In this document: piece by piece, positions 9,713 through 20,096 of the stretch
Layout: the number at the start of each line of letters is the position of its first letter
Numbering within the stretch: the stretch's first letter is position 1
NCBI GenBank assembly: GCA_965140585.1
Contig: OZ223270.1
Span: 224,001-288,000, forward strand
Source of the DNA: Spirochaetia bacterium
GTDB taxonomy: Bacteria; Spirochaetota; Spirochaetia; UBA9216
DNA length: 64,000 bases
Reading direction: 5' to 3'
Notes under the pieces: generated by a model
Database searches by the model: none
What the model saw: only the letters and a program-made list of their open reading frames with translations
Told to the model about the DNA's origin: nothing
Translations under genes and position numbers: made by a program

Positions 9713-10624
9713 ATGATGGACATATTTTACCTTAAAAATTTCCTTTCCGTTGCCAAATATCTCAACTTTACAAAAGCGGCGGCTGAATGCGGACTTACTC
9801 AGACAGCGATGAGTACACAGATCTTCAAAATGGAAGAAGAACTGGGTTTCAAATTGTTCGAAAGGAATAACCGCACAGTACGACTTACGAAGGCAGGAGA
9901 ACAGTTTTTCCTGGATACAGCAAACCTGCTAGAGACATATAACGCAAATGTAGGAAGAGCAAAGAGTATATCAGAAGGGATAGAAGGTTTGATCAAAATT
10001 GGGTTTCCTAATTATATAGGCAGGATAGATATGCCTGAGGTAACGGGAGAATTCAGTAAAAGATACCCTGAGACAGGTATTGAAATAATACAGAACGAAA
10101 ACTGGCTCCTCCTAGATCAATTAAAGTACAACAAGGCTGATATCGTCCAGACCTTTCCCTATGATCTCAGTTCAATTGAAGATGTGAGAACAATAAAAGT
10201 CGGTTCATTTAGAATGCTTGCAGCTGTTAACAGCACACATAGTCTAGCCGGATACAGTGAGCTTACAATTGACATGATAAATAATGAAACAATTATTATT
10301 CATGAAGATTCCAACATGCCGGAACTCAATACTCAGATGTTTCAGGATTGGTCAAAATCAGGAATCAAGCCCCAAAAAACCGTTTTGACAAAAGGCCTTG
10401 ATTCTATCCTATTCATGGTGGAAGCAGGTTATGGGATATCTTTTGTGCCTGTCTTTATAAATCTGCCGACACATAGCACAAAGATAAAATTCATACCTAT
10501 TAAGGACTTTGATATAAAAATGGATATTGTTCTTGCATACCGTGAATCAAATTCAAACCCGGTGCTAAAAAAATACGTTGAGTTCGCATCAGAATATTAC
10601 AGCATCAATAATCAGCAAGAATAA
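9713..10624 (+). CDS. LysR family transcriptional regulator (paralogue 1)
   Basis: LNFTKAA, TQTAMS, EEELGFKLFERNNR HTH; start reassigned to ATG at 9713. Confidence 0.92.
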   Translation: MMDIFYLKNFLSVAKYLNFTKAAAECGLTQTAMSTQIFKMEEELGFKLFERNNRTVRLTKAGEQFFLDTANLLETYNANVGRAKSISEGIEGLIKIGFPNYIGRIDMPEVTGEFSKRYPETGIEIIQNENWLLLDQLKYNKADIVQTFPYDLSSIEDVRTIKVGSFRMLAAVNSTHSLAGYSELTIDMINNETIIIHEDSNMPELNTQMFQDWSKSGIKPQKTVLTKGLDSILFMVEAGYGISFVPVFINLPTHSTKIKFIPIKDFDIKMDIVLAYRESNSNPVLKKYVEFASEYYSINNQQE

Positions 10625-11162
10625 GCTCAGATACTTCATCATCAGTTAGTTCTTTCTGAAGCTTCACGATCTCCATTTCACCTTCAGGATTTTCATAAAC
10701 AAGAACCAGAAGATATTTAATCTCTGAGCTGCCGTCACCGGTATATGAACAAAGAAGCCGGTATTTAAATCCGGCGACAACCTGCATGTAGGCGGCCTGA
10801 GGAGTATCCATATTGAGTATTATTCCACTCTTTTCAAGACGGGGCATCAGCCAGATATAAGCAGACAGCACTTCAGGAGCATTAGGAGCAACCCGTGCAT
10901 ACGCTCCTGCAATCTGATGAATTTCCTCAGGCTGAAAGCCCGGCAGTGAATGCGGGACAGCTTGAGCATCAGGTGTCACGGTCTCAGATGCGGGTTTCTG
11001 CTCCGAGACCGGATCCTGAACAGCAGCCTCAGGTACAAAGTTTTCTGTTCCGGCTCTCTCAGTCTGACAGCCTGCAAACGGAAGGAGAATAACTGAGACA
11101 GTGATTAAATAAAAAACACAAACTGAATACCGGTCTGTTTTAGTCTTCTGAAGAGTTCTCAT
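10605..11162 (-). CDS. Putative lipoprotein with cystatin-like domain
   Basis: Lipobox-like FAGC, low-complexity linker, then AGAY..helix..AYMQVVAGFKYRL..VYENP (cystatin QxVxG signature). Confidence 0.6.
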   Translation of the reverse strand: MRTLQKTKTDRYSVCVFYLITVSVILLPFAGCQTERAGTENFVPEAAVQDPVSEQKPASETVTPDAQAVPHSLPGFQPEEIHQIAGAYARVAPNAPEVLSAYIWLMPRLEKSGIILNMDTPQAAYMQVVAGFKYRLLCSYTGDGSSEIKYLLVLVYENPEGEMEIVKLQKELTDDEVSELILADY

Positions 11163-11335
11163 AATTAAATTCTCCCTCGAAATATTTTACTACGGAAACT
11201 GGAACATTTGCATTCATAATCCGGATGCAGTTCAGAAATATCAGCAATTTAAGTGCTCACGTGATGAAAATAATTCATTTTACATCTGGGAATTAAATAG
11301 ATAATATATTATCTAAAACAAATTCAGGAGAATCT

Positions 11336-13213
11336 ATGAAAAATCTCAGTAAAATTATTGCGGCGGCAGGACTGTTGATGCTTGTCTTTGCAGTAATCTT
11401 CTCATGCAGTACACCAAATACTGCAGAAGGCAAACGCTTCACACCGGGAAAATACCCGGTAACAATTTCAGGACACGGCGGCGACATTGAATTCGAGGTG
11501 GAAATGTCAGAAACAGGAATCATGGCCATTACAGTTATCAGCGAATCAGAGACTGACGGACTTGGCAAACCAGCACTAGAAAAAATGGCATCAAAAATAA
11601 TAGCTGAACAAAGCCTTGATGTTGATGCAGTGACCGGAGCATCAGACTCCTCTGATGCGGTAAAGGAGGCTGTCTTGATAGCTTTAGAAAAAGCCGGCGG
11701 AACTGCAGCAGATCTTCGTCCGTCTGTCCGGGAAAACAGTCTTCAGAATGAAGAGATTACAGCAGATGTTGTTGTTGTCGGAGGAGGAGCTTCAGGTACA
11801 GCAGCAGCACTTGCAGCTGCAGAAAAAGGAGCAAATGTTATTGTTCTCGAAAAAGCATCCACTCCCGGAGGTGCCGGAAGATTTTTTGCAGAAGGACTTC
11901 TGGCATTTGAAAGTAATCAGCAGAAAGACCTTGGAATTAAATATACCGTAGAACAAGCATTCAAATTTCTTGCTGAATATACTCATCTGAAAAATAACGG
12001 AGATCTTACCAGAACAATACTTGCTGAAAGCGCATCAACAATTGACTGGATGGCTAAATATGGCGCAGAGACCAAACTGATCCCCAATACACAGAAAGCT
12101 CATGTAAGTGATCCTGCAACCTATCACAAATATGTAGACAAACATCAGGCATATGACACAATGTACTCTAAATTTGAAAACATGGGTGGGAAATTGTACA
12201 CCGATACTGCAGGTAAAAAACTCATAATTGAAAACGGAAAAGTCACAGGAATTATTGCTGAAAAAGCTGACGGATCAAAACTGACCGTTAGAGCCGAATC
12301 AGTAATTCTTGCAACAGGCGGTTTCGGAGGCAATGATGAAATGATAAGAAAGTATATGAATGTAACCGACTATGCCACTCTCGCATATGCAAACAATGTT
12401 GGAGACGGCTTCAACATGGCTGTTGAAGCAGGTGCAGACGAGTTTAACCCCGGAATTGCAGTTCATTCTGCTCTTATCCCTGTAAAAGATCCCAAAATAT
12501 GGCAGGGAACTGCAGGGCAGCTTCACAATATTCCCCTTATGTGGATAAACAGAGAGGGAAAGCGATTTGTGGATGAATCAGCTGTTTACGACTTCGCTTT
12601 ATGGGGCAATGCCGTAGTTGTACAGGGAGGAGTTTATTATACTGTTGTCGATGAAAGAACCATGAAGCTTCTTTCAAATGAAGGTTCACCGCTGACAAAC
12701 TCCTTTGAACAAACCTATCTTGTCGGTGCAAATGTAGATACTAATCTTGCTTCCGGCGTTGTTGCTCCGCTTGAGAACCTTTACGAGTCAATGGACGCAA
12801 CCATTCAAGCCGGCGGAGCATTCAAAGCCGATACACTGGAAGAACTTGCGGCAGCTATGGATGTTAACCCTGAAAATCTTAAGGCGGCGGCTGCATCCTA
12901 CACAGAAGCTGTAAGGACAGGAAATGACACTATGTTTTTCAAGGCTAAAGAATACCTGAAATATGGTGTTTCCGAAGGGCCGTTCTACGCAATAAAAGCT
13001 GCGGCACTTGTTGAAAACTCAATCGGCGGTGTTCGAGTTAACAGCAATCTTGAAGTCCTTACTGATGAAATGAAAGTAATCCCCGGACTCTTTGCCGTCG
13101 GATGCGATGCAGGAAGTCTGTATGGAGATTCTTACCCTGTCTACGAGGGGCTGTGCCTTTCCTTTGCCTTCAATTCCGGAAGGCTTGCCGGATATGAGGC
13201 TGCTGAGCAGTAA
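11336..13213 (+). CDS. Lipoprotein FMN-bind + FAD-dependent oxidoreductase (flavocytochrome c / urocanate reductase superfamily)
   Basis: Lipobox IFSC; FMN_bind GHGG..ETDGLG..DVDAVTGAS; FAD motif DVVVVGGGASG; LATGGFG; INREGKRFVDE; IPGLFAVG. Confidence 0.9.
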   Translation: MKNLSKIIAAAGLLMLVFAVIFSCSTPNTAEGKRFTPGKYPVTISGHGGDIEFEVEMSETGIMAITVISESETDGLGKPALEKMASKIIAEQSLDVDAVTGASDSSDAVKEAVLIALEKAGGTAADLRPSVRENSLQNEEITADVVVVGGGASGTAAALAAAEKGANVIVLEKASTPGGAGRFFAEGLLAFESNQQKDLGIKYTVEQAFKFLAEYTHLKNNGDLTRTILAESASTIDWMAKYGAETKLIPNTQKAHVSDPATYHKYVDKHQAYDTMYSKFENMGGKLYTDTAGKKLIIENGKVTGIIAEKADGSKLTVRAESVILATGGFGGNDEMIRKYMNVTDYATLAYANNVGDGFNMAVEAGADEFNPGIAVHSALIPVKDPKIWQGTAGQLHNIPLMWINREGKRFVDESAVYDFALWGNAVVVQGGVYYTVVDERTMKLLSNEGSPLTNSFEQTYLVGANVDTNLASGVVAPLENLYESMDATIQAGGAFKADTLEELAAAMDVNPENLKAAAASYTEAVRTGNDTMFFKAKEYLKYGVSEGPFYAIKAAALVENSIGGVRVNSNLEVLTDEMKVIPGLFAVGCDAGSLYGDSYPVYEGLCLSFAFNSGRLAGYEAAEQ

Positions 13214-13222
13214 AATCATATC

Positions 13223-13260
13223 AGAAGACCCTGACTGCTGATGCGGGCGGGGTCTTTTTA
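13223..13260 (+). terminator. Intrinsic terminator after the reductase gene
   Basis: AGACCC...GGGTCT stem followed by a T tract. Confidence 0.6.
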
Positions 13261-13274
13261 ATGTATAATCAATT

Positions 13275-14162
13275 ATGGATCTGATAAGCATAAAAAACTT
13301 CACAGTTGCAGCAGAATATCTGAATTTTACAAGAGCTGCCGGAGAATGCGGGCTGACCCAGACTGCAATGAGTGCTCAAATTTCAAAACTTGAAGAAGAA
13401 GCAGGATTTAAACTTTTTGACAGGAACAACAGGGAAGTCCGTTTAACACGAGCCGGAGAAAGCTTTTTACTAGACGCAAAAAGAATACTCGATCTTCATG
13501 AATCTTCAATTTCAAAAGGCAGACTCATAAACGAGGGATATAAGGGGACTCTCAAAATCAGTTTTCCAAACTACCTTGGAAGACTGAATCTGCCATCTGT
13601 AATCAGCAGTTTCAATAAAAAGTTTCCTTCAGTTGATCTGGAAATAAACCAGAGTGAAAACTGGAGCATACTTGAAGATCTTAAATACGGCAAAACAGAT
13701 ATCATCCAGGCTTTTCCATATGATCTGCTAAACACAGTTAATATTGACACTTTTAAAATGGGAACATTTTGTATTGTTGCCGCAGTTAAATCAGACTCGC
13801 CAGAAGCCTTACTCCCTAAGATTCCGATCTCTGTAATCAACAAATCCACAGTAATTATTCACGAAGATCTTGCAAATCCGGAGATGGGAAGAATCCTGCA
13901 GCGGGACTGGGAGGGCGCCGGTATTTCTCCATCCAGAATAAAAAAAACCCGGGGCCTGGATTCAATTCTACTATTAGTCGAATCGGGATTCGGAATGAGC
14001 CTTCTTCCCGAATACGTAAAAACTCCTCAGGCTACTAGAGGAATATCGTTTATCCCAATAGAAAATTTTGATATTAAGCTTGAAGTTGTGTTTGCCTGGC
14101 TGAAGACAAATCAAAATCCAGCACTTCATAATTTCATCAAGGAACTCAGTGAGATGTTCTAA
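13275..14162 (+). CDS. LysR family transcriptional regulator (paralogue 2)
   Basis: LNFTRAA, TQTAMS HTH; similar along its length to 9713..10624. Confidence 0.92.
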   Translation: MDLISIKNFTVAAEYLNFTRAAGECGLTQTAMSAQISKLEEEAGFKLFDRNNREVRLTRAGESFLLDAKRILDLHESSISKGRLINEGYKGTLKISFPNYLGRLNLPSVISSFNKKFPSVDLEINQSENWSILEDLKYGKTDIIQAFPYDLLNTVNIDTFKMGTFCIVAAVKSDSPEALLPKIPISVINKSTVIIHEDLANPEMGRILQRDWEGAGISPSRIKKTRGLDSILLLVESGFGMSLLPEYVKTPQATRGISFIPIENFDIKLEVVFAWLKTNQNPALHNFIKELSEMF

Positions 14163-14299
14163 TCAAGCAGACGTTTCTGTCCTTCAAGAGCTCTGATCTC
14201 CGTTACATCCTGGCTGAATTCAAGAACACCCCTATTGGAATTACCTTCAAACATTGCAAAATAGCGGATATGAATGAAGCGCCCCTCGAGTGTAATCCA
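14159..14299 (-). pseudogene. C-terminal remnant of a PAS_10/DUF438-type protein
   Basis: Manual translation WITLEGRFIHIRYFAMFEGNSNRGVLEFSQDVTEIRALEGQKRLLD*; the 5' part is replaced by an IS3 remnant. Confidence 0.7.
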
Positions 14300-15101
14300 G
14301 GGTAATTATTTACACATCAGGGTATGACTTTCTTCCTGTTCATAATACATCATTTCAAATTCTTTGGGAGATAAATATCACAGAGGTTCCATGATCCTGT
14401 GATTATTAAACCAGTCCACCCAGTCGAGTGTTGCCAATTCCACCTGTTCAATAGACCGCCAGCGGCCATCTTTATGAATAGCTTCTGCCTTATAAAGACC
14501 ATTTATCGTTTCAGCCATGGCATTGTCATATGAATCGCCTTTACTCCGATCACTGTGATGAATTAGCCTTTCCGTTACCTCCCTTGCCCACAATGCCTGC
14601 TTGAGGACATCAAGAGTAGAATCTGTTTTCAAACCATACCCGGCGGATCTCATTTTTTAGAATATTATCTCGTTGTCCTCTCGGTGGTTCCCGGTTAGGA
14701 TCTGATTGACGTGATTTCATCTCGTAGTAGGTTGAAGGAGCGATCTGAATATTCTTGCAGAGAGGCTCGACTCCGTGATCAATCCTGTTTTCATCTGTGA
14801 AACCGATCATTATTTCTTTCGGCGTTCGAGCTCTTTGATACGAGCACGGTCATCGCTGGACAAACCGTCTTTTATTCCCTGATCGATTTCTTACTGTTTA
14901 ACCCATTTCCTCAGAGACTCTTGGGTACACCCTGTTTTTGATGCGATGGACATTATTGCTGCCCACCGAGATTCATAATCTTTTTCATGGTCAAAGACCA
15001 TTCTTACTGCCCGCTCTTTAACTTCTTGAGCATACCTAATTCGTTTTCCCATAACACAATCCTCTCACATAATTGTGTCTCCGGAAAACCCGGGCGGTTC
15101 A
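14300..15101 (-). mobile_element. IS3 family (IS51/IS629-like) remnant, internally deleted
   Basis: IRL TGAACCGCCCGGGTTTTCCGGAGAC at 15101; orfA MGKRIRYAQEVKERAVRMV with premature stop; orfB fragments GVEPLCK..IAPSTYY, LIHHSDR/SKGDSYDNAMAETINGLYKAE; right IR not found. Confidence 0.88.
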
Positions 15102-15318
15102 GTTCAGTGAACAGCCGGAACCTTATGATCTTTAATGGTTCAGAAAAAAACATAAATTTTATGACACCTTTGCATGATTCCCAAAAAAGATACTCGGAGT
15201 GTCTGAGTTGATAAGTTTGCGCACTCCTCTTCGAATTATCCGGAATGAGATTATCTTCCTAAAATAAGGGCTCAATTACTCCAACCCAAGCATTATCTCT
15301 CAGATTCATAAAAAATTA

Positions 15319-16818
15319 TTAAACTATAACTTCTTCAAATCGTATCATATTCCAGGAACACTTACTCAAAACAATTGTAAATATATTTGAAACACCCTGA
15401 TTGAGCCTTTGTTTCACAGGAACTACATTTTCAGGTTTTTCCATTGTATTAAAAGCGAATAAGTCATTTCCTTTCAGAGCTTCGAAATCAACCATACATA
15501 GCATTGAGAAATTGCTAAATTCTATTCGTAATTCAATATCTTCATCGAGATCCATATTCAATATAAAAACAGATAACTCATGTATATCAGCATCATAGGT
15601 AATCAAAGTCTGAATTGAAGGAACTTTCCCATACTTGTTTGTTTCAATATAATCGCATTGAGTTATACTCTTAAGCACCTGCCCCATGCCATAATTGCTA
15701 ACCTGCTTATAAGGATAATAAGTAGAATGAAGCAAAACATCTCCATTCGGTTCGGTATGAATTGGCGATATGGTATTAACAAGCTGGGCCAGACAAGCAA
15801 TTTTAACTCTATCCGCATTGTTTACTATAGTACACAGAAGGCCTCCAACAACAAGGGCATCAAGTAAAGTATATTTTTCTTCTGATAACCGTGGCGCCTT
15901 TTTCCATCGTTCAACCCCAATATTCTCGGAATCCCAAACATTCCATTCATCAAGCGAGAGATTAATTGTACGATTTGATCTATGTTTTGCTTTCAAATAA
16001 TCAGCTGTCGATTTAATAGTATGTATAAAATCATCTAAATCAAAATAAGAAGCAAGAAAATCTGTTTCATTTCCTTCATATTTATAATACCTGTGAAGCG
16101 ATATATAATCTACATATTCATAACAAATATCAAGTACCTGAAGATCCCACTCCGGAAAGGTAGTCATCTCCTTGCTTGAGCTTCCGCAGACAACAAGTTC
16201 AATCTCAGGATCAACCCACTTCATTATTTTTGCGGTTTCTCTTGCCTTTTTCCCATACTCTTCTGCGGTAAGCTGACAGGTCTGCCAGGGACCATCCATT
16301 TCATTGCCTAAACACCATAATTTAAACCCATGCGGTTTTTCGTAACCGTTTTTTCTCCGCTTATCGCTCCACAAAGTACCAGCCTTGATATTGCAGTATT
16401 CAATCAGTTGACCTGCTTCCAATGGGGATCCTGTTCCAAGATTGACTGCAATCATTCCCTCCGTAGACGCTTTTTTTACCCACTTTGCAAACTCATCAAT
16501 TCCAAAACTGTTATCTTCTATAGAAAGCCATGCATAATCAAGTCGAGTTGGTCTATCTCTTTTATTGCCGATCCCATCTTTCCAATTATAACCGGAAACA
16601 AAATTCCCTCCTGGATACCTGACAATAGGAACATTTAGATCTTTAACTGCTGTAATAACATCCTGTCTAAATCCATCCTCATCAGCTGTCCGATGTCCAG
16701 GTTCATAAATTCCTGTATAAACAGCACGGCCCATATGCTCAATAAAGGAACCGTAGAGTCTCTCATCAATCTGCGCTGTTACTAATTTACTGTTTATAAA
16801 ACATTCCGCTTTTTTCAA
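15319..16818 (-). CDS. abfA: Alpha-L-arabinofuranosidase, GH51
   Basis: YGSFIEHMGRAVYTGIY, RYPGGNFVSGY, LGNEMDGPWQ, DEWNVW, ACLAQLVN. Confidence 0.92.
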   Translation of the reverse strand: MKKAECFINSKLVTAQIDERLYGSFIEHMGRAVYTGIYEPGHRTADEDGFRQDVITAVKDLNVPIVRYPGGNFVSGYNWKDGIGNKRDRPTRLDYAWLSIEDNSFGIDEFAKWVKKASTEGMIAVNLGTGSPLEAGQLIEYCNIKAGTLWSDKRRKNGYEKPHGFKLWCLGNEMDGPWQTCQLTAEEYGKKARETAKIMKWVDPEIELVVCGSSSKEMTTFPEWDLQVLDICYEYVDYISLHRYYKYEGNETDFLASYFDLDDFIHTIKSTADYLKAKHRSNRTINLSLDEWNVWDSENIGVERWKKAPRLSEEKYTLLDALVVGGLLCTIVNNADRVKIACLAQLVNTISPIHTEPNGDVLLHSTYYPYKQVSNYGMGQVLKSITQCDYIETNKYGKVPSIQTLITYDADIHELSVFILNMDLDEDIELRIEFSNFSMLCMVDFEALKGNDLFAFNTMEKPENVVPVKQRLNQGVSNIFTIVLSKCSWNMIRFEEVIV

Positions 16819-16914
16819 TATTACTCACCCCATATTATTAACATTGATCTAGCATTTTTTAAAACTTTCAACACTTTGAATCGGCTATAATTTTTAATTT
16901 AAAGGAAATAATAT

Positions 16915-17991
16915 TCATGGAATTAACGCCACCTTAAGATCTCCGTATACACCTGAGGCATATTTAAAAGCCTCTTCCCATTCATCAAGTTTAATAGTTT
17001 TTGTAACAATACCCTCAGTCTTAAGATTTCCATTGTATATATTTTCAATAACAAATGGATAACAGTAAGGACTAAGATGTGATCCCAGGACATCAAGTTC
17101 TTTTCTATCACCTATAATCGACCAGTCTAGAGTTGTCGGTTCAGAAAAAACAGAAAATTCCACAAACCGCCCTAATTTTCTTATCATTTTCATTCCCTGC
17201 ACAACAGAAGAGGGATGTCCTGTCGCCTCAATATAAATATCACATCCGTACCCATCAGTAATATTCAAGATCTCATCTACAACATTAATCTCTAATGGAT
17301 TCATTATTATATCAGCACCGTATTCAAATGCTTTATCCAACCTCTTTTGATCGAGATCCAATACAATCAGTTTTTTTGGTTTCTGCATCATGGCATAAGT
17401 TACCATACCAAGACCCAAAGTACCTGCTCCGGATATAACTACCACATCGTCGCTACTTATCTTGGCTCTGTCAACGCAATGTTTTGAACATGAATACGGC
17501 TCTACCAATAAAGCTTTTTCAAGAGGAAGGGTTATTGGAACCTTGTGAACAATACTTCCTTTTGGGAGACGAATATATTCCGCCATTCCCCCGTTCAGGG
17601 AACTGAAAAAACCGAAGATTTTATGAGGTTGACACATCCAATATTTTCCTGATTTGCAAAATCTACAATCCCAACATGGGACAATTTGATCCGCAACTAA
17701 TCGTTCACCAATTTCATATCCCTTTATATTTTCTCCAAAAGCTGCAACAGTACCAATAAATTCATGCCCGGGGATAAAAGGAGGCTGAACCCAAGCCGGC
17801 TGAATATTACCATCACCCCAGAACATCGAAGCGCCATGCTGGCATTTAAGATCTCCGGCACATATTCCGCACCCCTCTACTTTTAAAATAATATCATCAT
17901 TACCACATTCAGGAACTGGAAAGTTATATTCCAATTTGTAGACTGTTTCACTATAAGCAACTAATGCTTTCATATTCTTGGGAAGTGCCAT
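16915..17991 (-). CDS. Zn-dependent polyol dehydrogenase, erythritol/L-threitol dehydrogenase (EltD)-like
   Basis: GICAGDLKCQHGASMFWGD..PAWV..IPGHEF, QIVPCWDCRFC, DWSIIGDRKELDVLGSHLSPYCYP. Confidence 0.82.
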   Translation of the reverse strand: MALPKNMKALVAYSETVYKLEYNFPVPECGNDDIILKVEGCGICAGDLKCQHGASMFWGDGNIQPAWVQPPFIPGHEFIGTVAAFGENIKGYEIGERLVADQIVPCWDCRFCKSGKYWMCQPHKIFGFFSSLNGGMAEYIRLPKGSIVHKVPITLPLEKALLVEPYSCSKHCVDRAKISSDDVVVISGAGTLGLGMVTYAMMQKPKKLIVLDLDQKRLDKAFEYGADIIMNPLEINVVDEILNITDGYGCDIYIEATGHPSSVVQGMKMIRKLGRFVEFSVFSEPTTLDWSIIGDRKELDVLGSHLSPYCYPFVIENIYNGNLKTEGIVTKTIKLDEWEEAFKYASGVYGDLKVALIP

Positions 17992-18040
17992 TATCATTTC
18001 TCCTAAATAAATAATTACAATTATAATTAACTTTATTTTT

Positions 18041-19159
18041 TTACACTGATGCATTATTTATTTTTCGATTTAGTTTTCCCCCGATGCTGAAAAACTCTAT
18101 TCCTGTCTCAACCTGATATTTAAAAGTTTGTTTTTTAGGAACATTCGATACAAGATTTCCATTTTTTATCCCTGATAAGGATTCTCCAGAAAAATAATAA
18201 TCTTTTGATTCCTGATTATCCAAAGGAAAATCTTCTGCCCACTGCCACTCTTTACCAATATCAAAATTACATCTGTAGTACCTGATCGGTGGTTCTTCTT
18301 CTATACTGTTATCTATTGATTTCAGGTTACAGTCAAAAAATCTCAGATGATCTTCAATCCAGTCATGTATTCCGTTTTCAAATTCACTTTCCCCTGCATA
18401 CATCTCACAATAACTCCAGGGCCCAATAAGTAATTTCCCACCGTAATCTTTGTATCCAAGTATAGCCCCGGTACAGCTTGAGTCATACCAGGACGCATTT
18501 GCATATATTTTGGTAGATGAAAATTTTATCTTCTCAGCACTTTCCCATGCCGGTACATCCATATTTGGGCTATAGCCCAGACTCTGGTTAAATGTATCCT
18601 GAAACATGTTTTGTTCGTATTGGCTTAAAAATAACTTGTTTTTTGTATGAGCCTCTGCTGCCTCAGCTGCTAAAGGAAAATCCGGTGCCGGATCAGAATC
18701 AACTGGAGCAATATCTGTGGCTGAATCCCGGTGCACATCAGGAAGATAAGGCAACGCTGATGCACCATTTGGAAAATTCTGGTAATAAAAATCCGGATTA
18801 TTGTCATTAGGAATAATGGCCTTTAAGTGCACAGGCTTTTCTGCAGCAGCCAGCAGCTGAGTCATTCCACAGTTAGACCCTCCGAACATACCTACATTTC
18901 CATCACACCAGTCTGATACTCCAATTAAATCAATAATATAAGCAACATCCTTTGCATCTCGCCTGCTCCAAAATCCATCATGATATCCCATAGAGGCACC
19001 TATACCCCTTGGTTCAAGTATTATTACGATGTAACCGGCACAGACAAGTTTTTTAATAAACGCCCTGTTTGTTTCAAAGGCCCTCCGACGGGGATTGAAT
19101 CCTGTATGCAGAATCACCGGGAACCTGTCCTTTCCTGAATCCCGTCCCATACATTTCAT
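18041..19159 (-). pseudogene. CocE/NonD family hydrolase, truncated and degenerate
   Basis: EPRGIGASMG, WCDGNVGMFGGS, HLKAIIP, EEPPIRYY; GPWSY in place of catalytic GPWxH; lacks the C-terminal jelly-roll domain. Confidence 0.65.
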
Positions 19160-19957
19160 ATAGGCAGAATCTCTTTTATAGCTTTTTCCAGAACTGCATT
19201 AGCATAAACATAATCATGAGAACCTGGCACTGAATAAAATTCATTTGATAAACCAACTTCATCCAGATAATTCTTATACTCTCTGCATAATTGGTACCCG
19301 TAATCTTCTGTACCGCACGACATATACAGCATTGGTGAAAGCTGTCCTGATTCTTTTAAATGCCGGGACAGAGATAGAAGATCATTTTCTGAACCGTAAA
19401 TTTCTTCAATAAGGCCGAATACGTCAGTCATAGTTTTATCATTCGCTGTTATTCCAAGCTCCATTGCAAGCTGCCCCATCTTTACCTGATCCTTAGCACC
19501 GGACATTGCATAACAGGCTGAAAACTTTTCAGGCCAGCGAAGTGCGGCCTTTATTGCCCCATGTGCACCCATTGAGAATCCAATTACAAAATTATCTTCC
19601 CTCTTCTCTGAAGAGTTAAACCGTATCTGAACAAGCCGCATCACCTCATTTGTCAGATAGGTAAAATACTTTCGACCGTTCACCATATCACTGTAAAAAC
19701 TTTCCATAGCGTCAATCGAAGCTGTCATAAAGCCGTAAGTATTTGACAAATGCTCAATACAACTGTTTCTGACCCAGCTTGAAGAACATTCCCCACCGCT
19801 ATGAAGCATTATAGACTGTTGGAATTTTCATACCTTCAGGAAAAATCTCTGCCAGTGATCTTTTTCTCAACTCACGGGGGACTTCAGGTATTGTTATAGT
19901 AAGGCTGGTTGAACATCCAAGGATGACTGAATGAAAATCATACCGAAGCAACCCCAT
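19156..19957 (-). pseudogene. Esterase (tributyrin esterase / S-formylglutathione hydrolase-like), 5' disrupted
   Basis: SD AAAGGAG + ATG at 19957 gives MGLLRYDFHSVILG..., then an in-frame TGA and a frameshift before MLHSGG; GFSMG, CGTED, PGSH downstream. Confidence 0.75.
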
Positions 19958-20096
19958 GTCACTACTCCTTTTGGATCTTTTATTCAGGCCTTTGCGTTAA
20001 CGTACACGCGCGGGCCTAAATAAATTTATCAATATCTATTCTGAATAATAAAAGCCAATATTTTTAATCATATAACTACCGCATAGAGACTTTATC

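Noticed and set aside
14271-14290. TGAAGCGCCC as the right inverted repeat of the IS3 remnant
   Set aside because: The match is short and falls inside the coding remnant (EGRFIH) of the PAS/DUF438 gene
15102-15318. Possible tail of another transposase (MTPLHDSQK...)
   Set aside because: Too short and degenerate to assign; no IR identified
19860-19880. In-frame TGA in the esterase gene as possible selenocysteine or readthrough
   Set aside because: It lies in a non-catalytic region, a separate frameshift follows shortly after, and no SECIS-like hairpin was recognised; pseudogenisation is simpler
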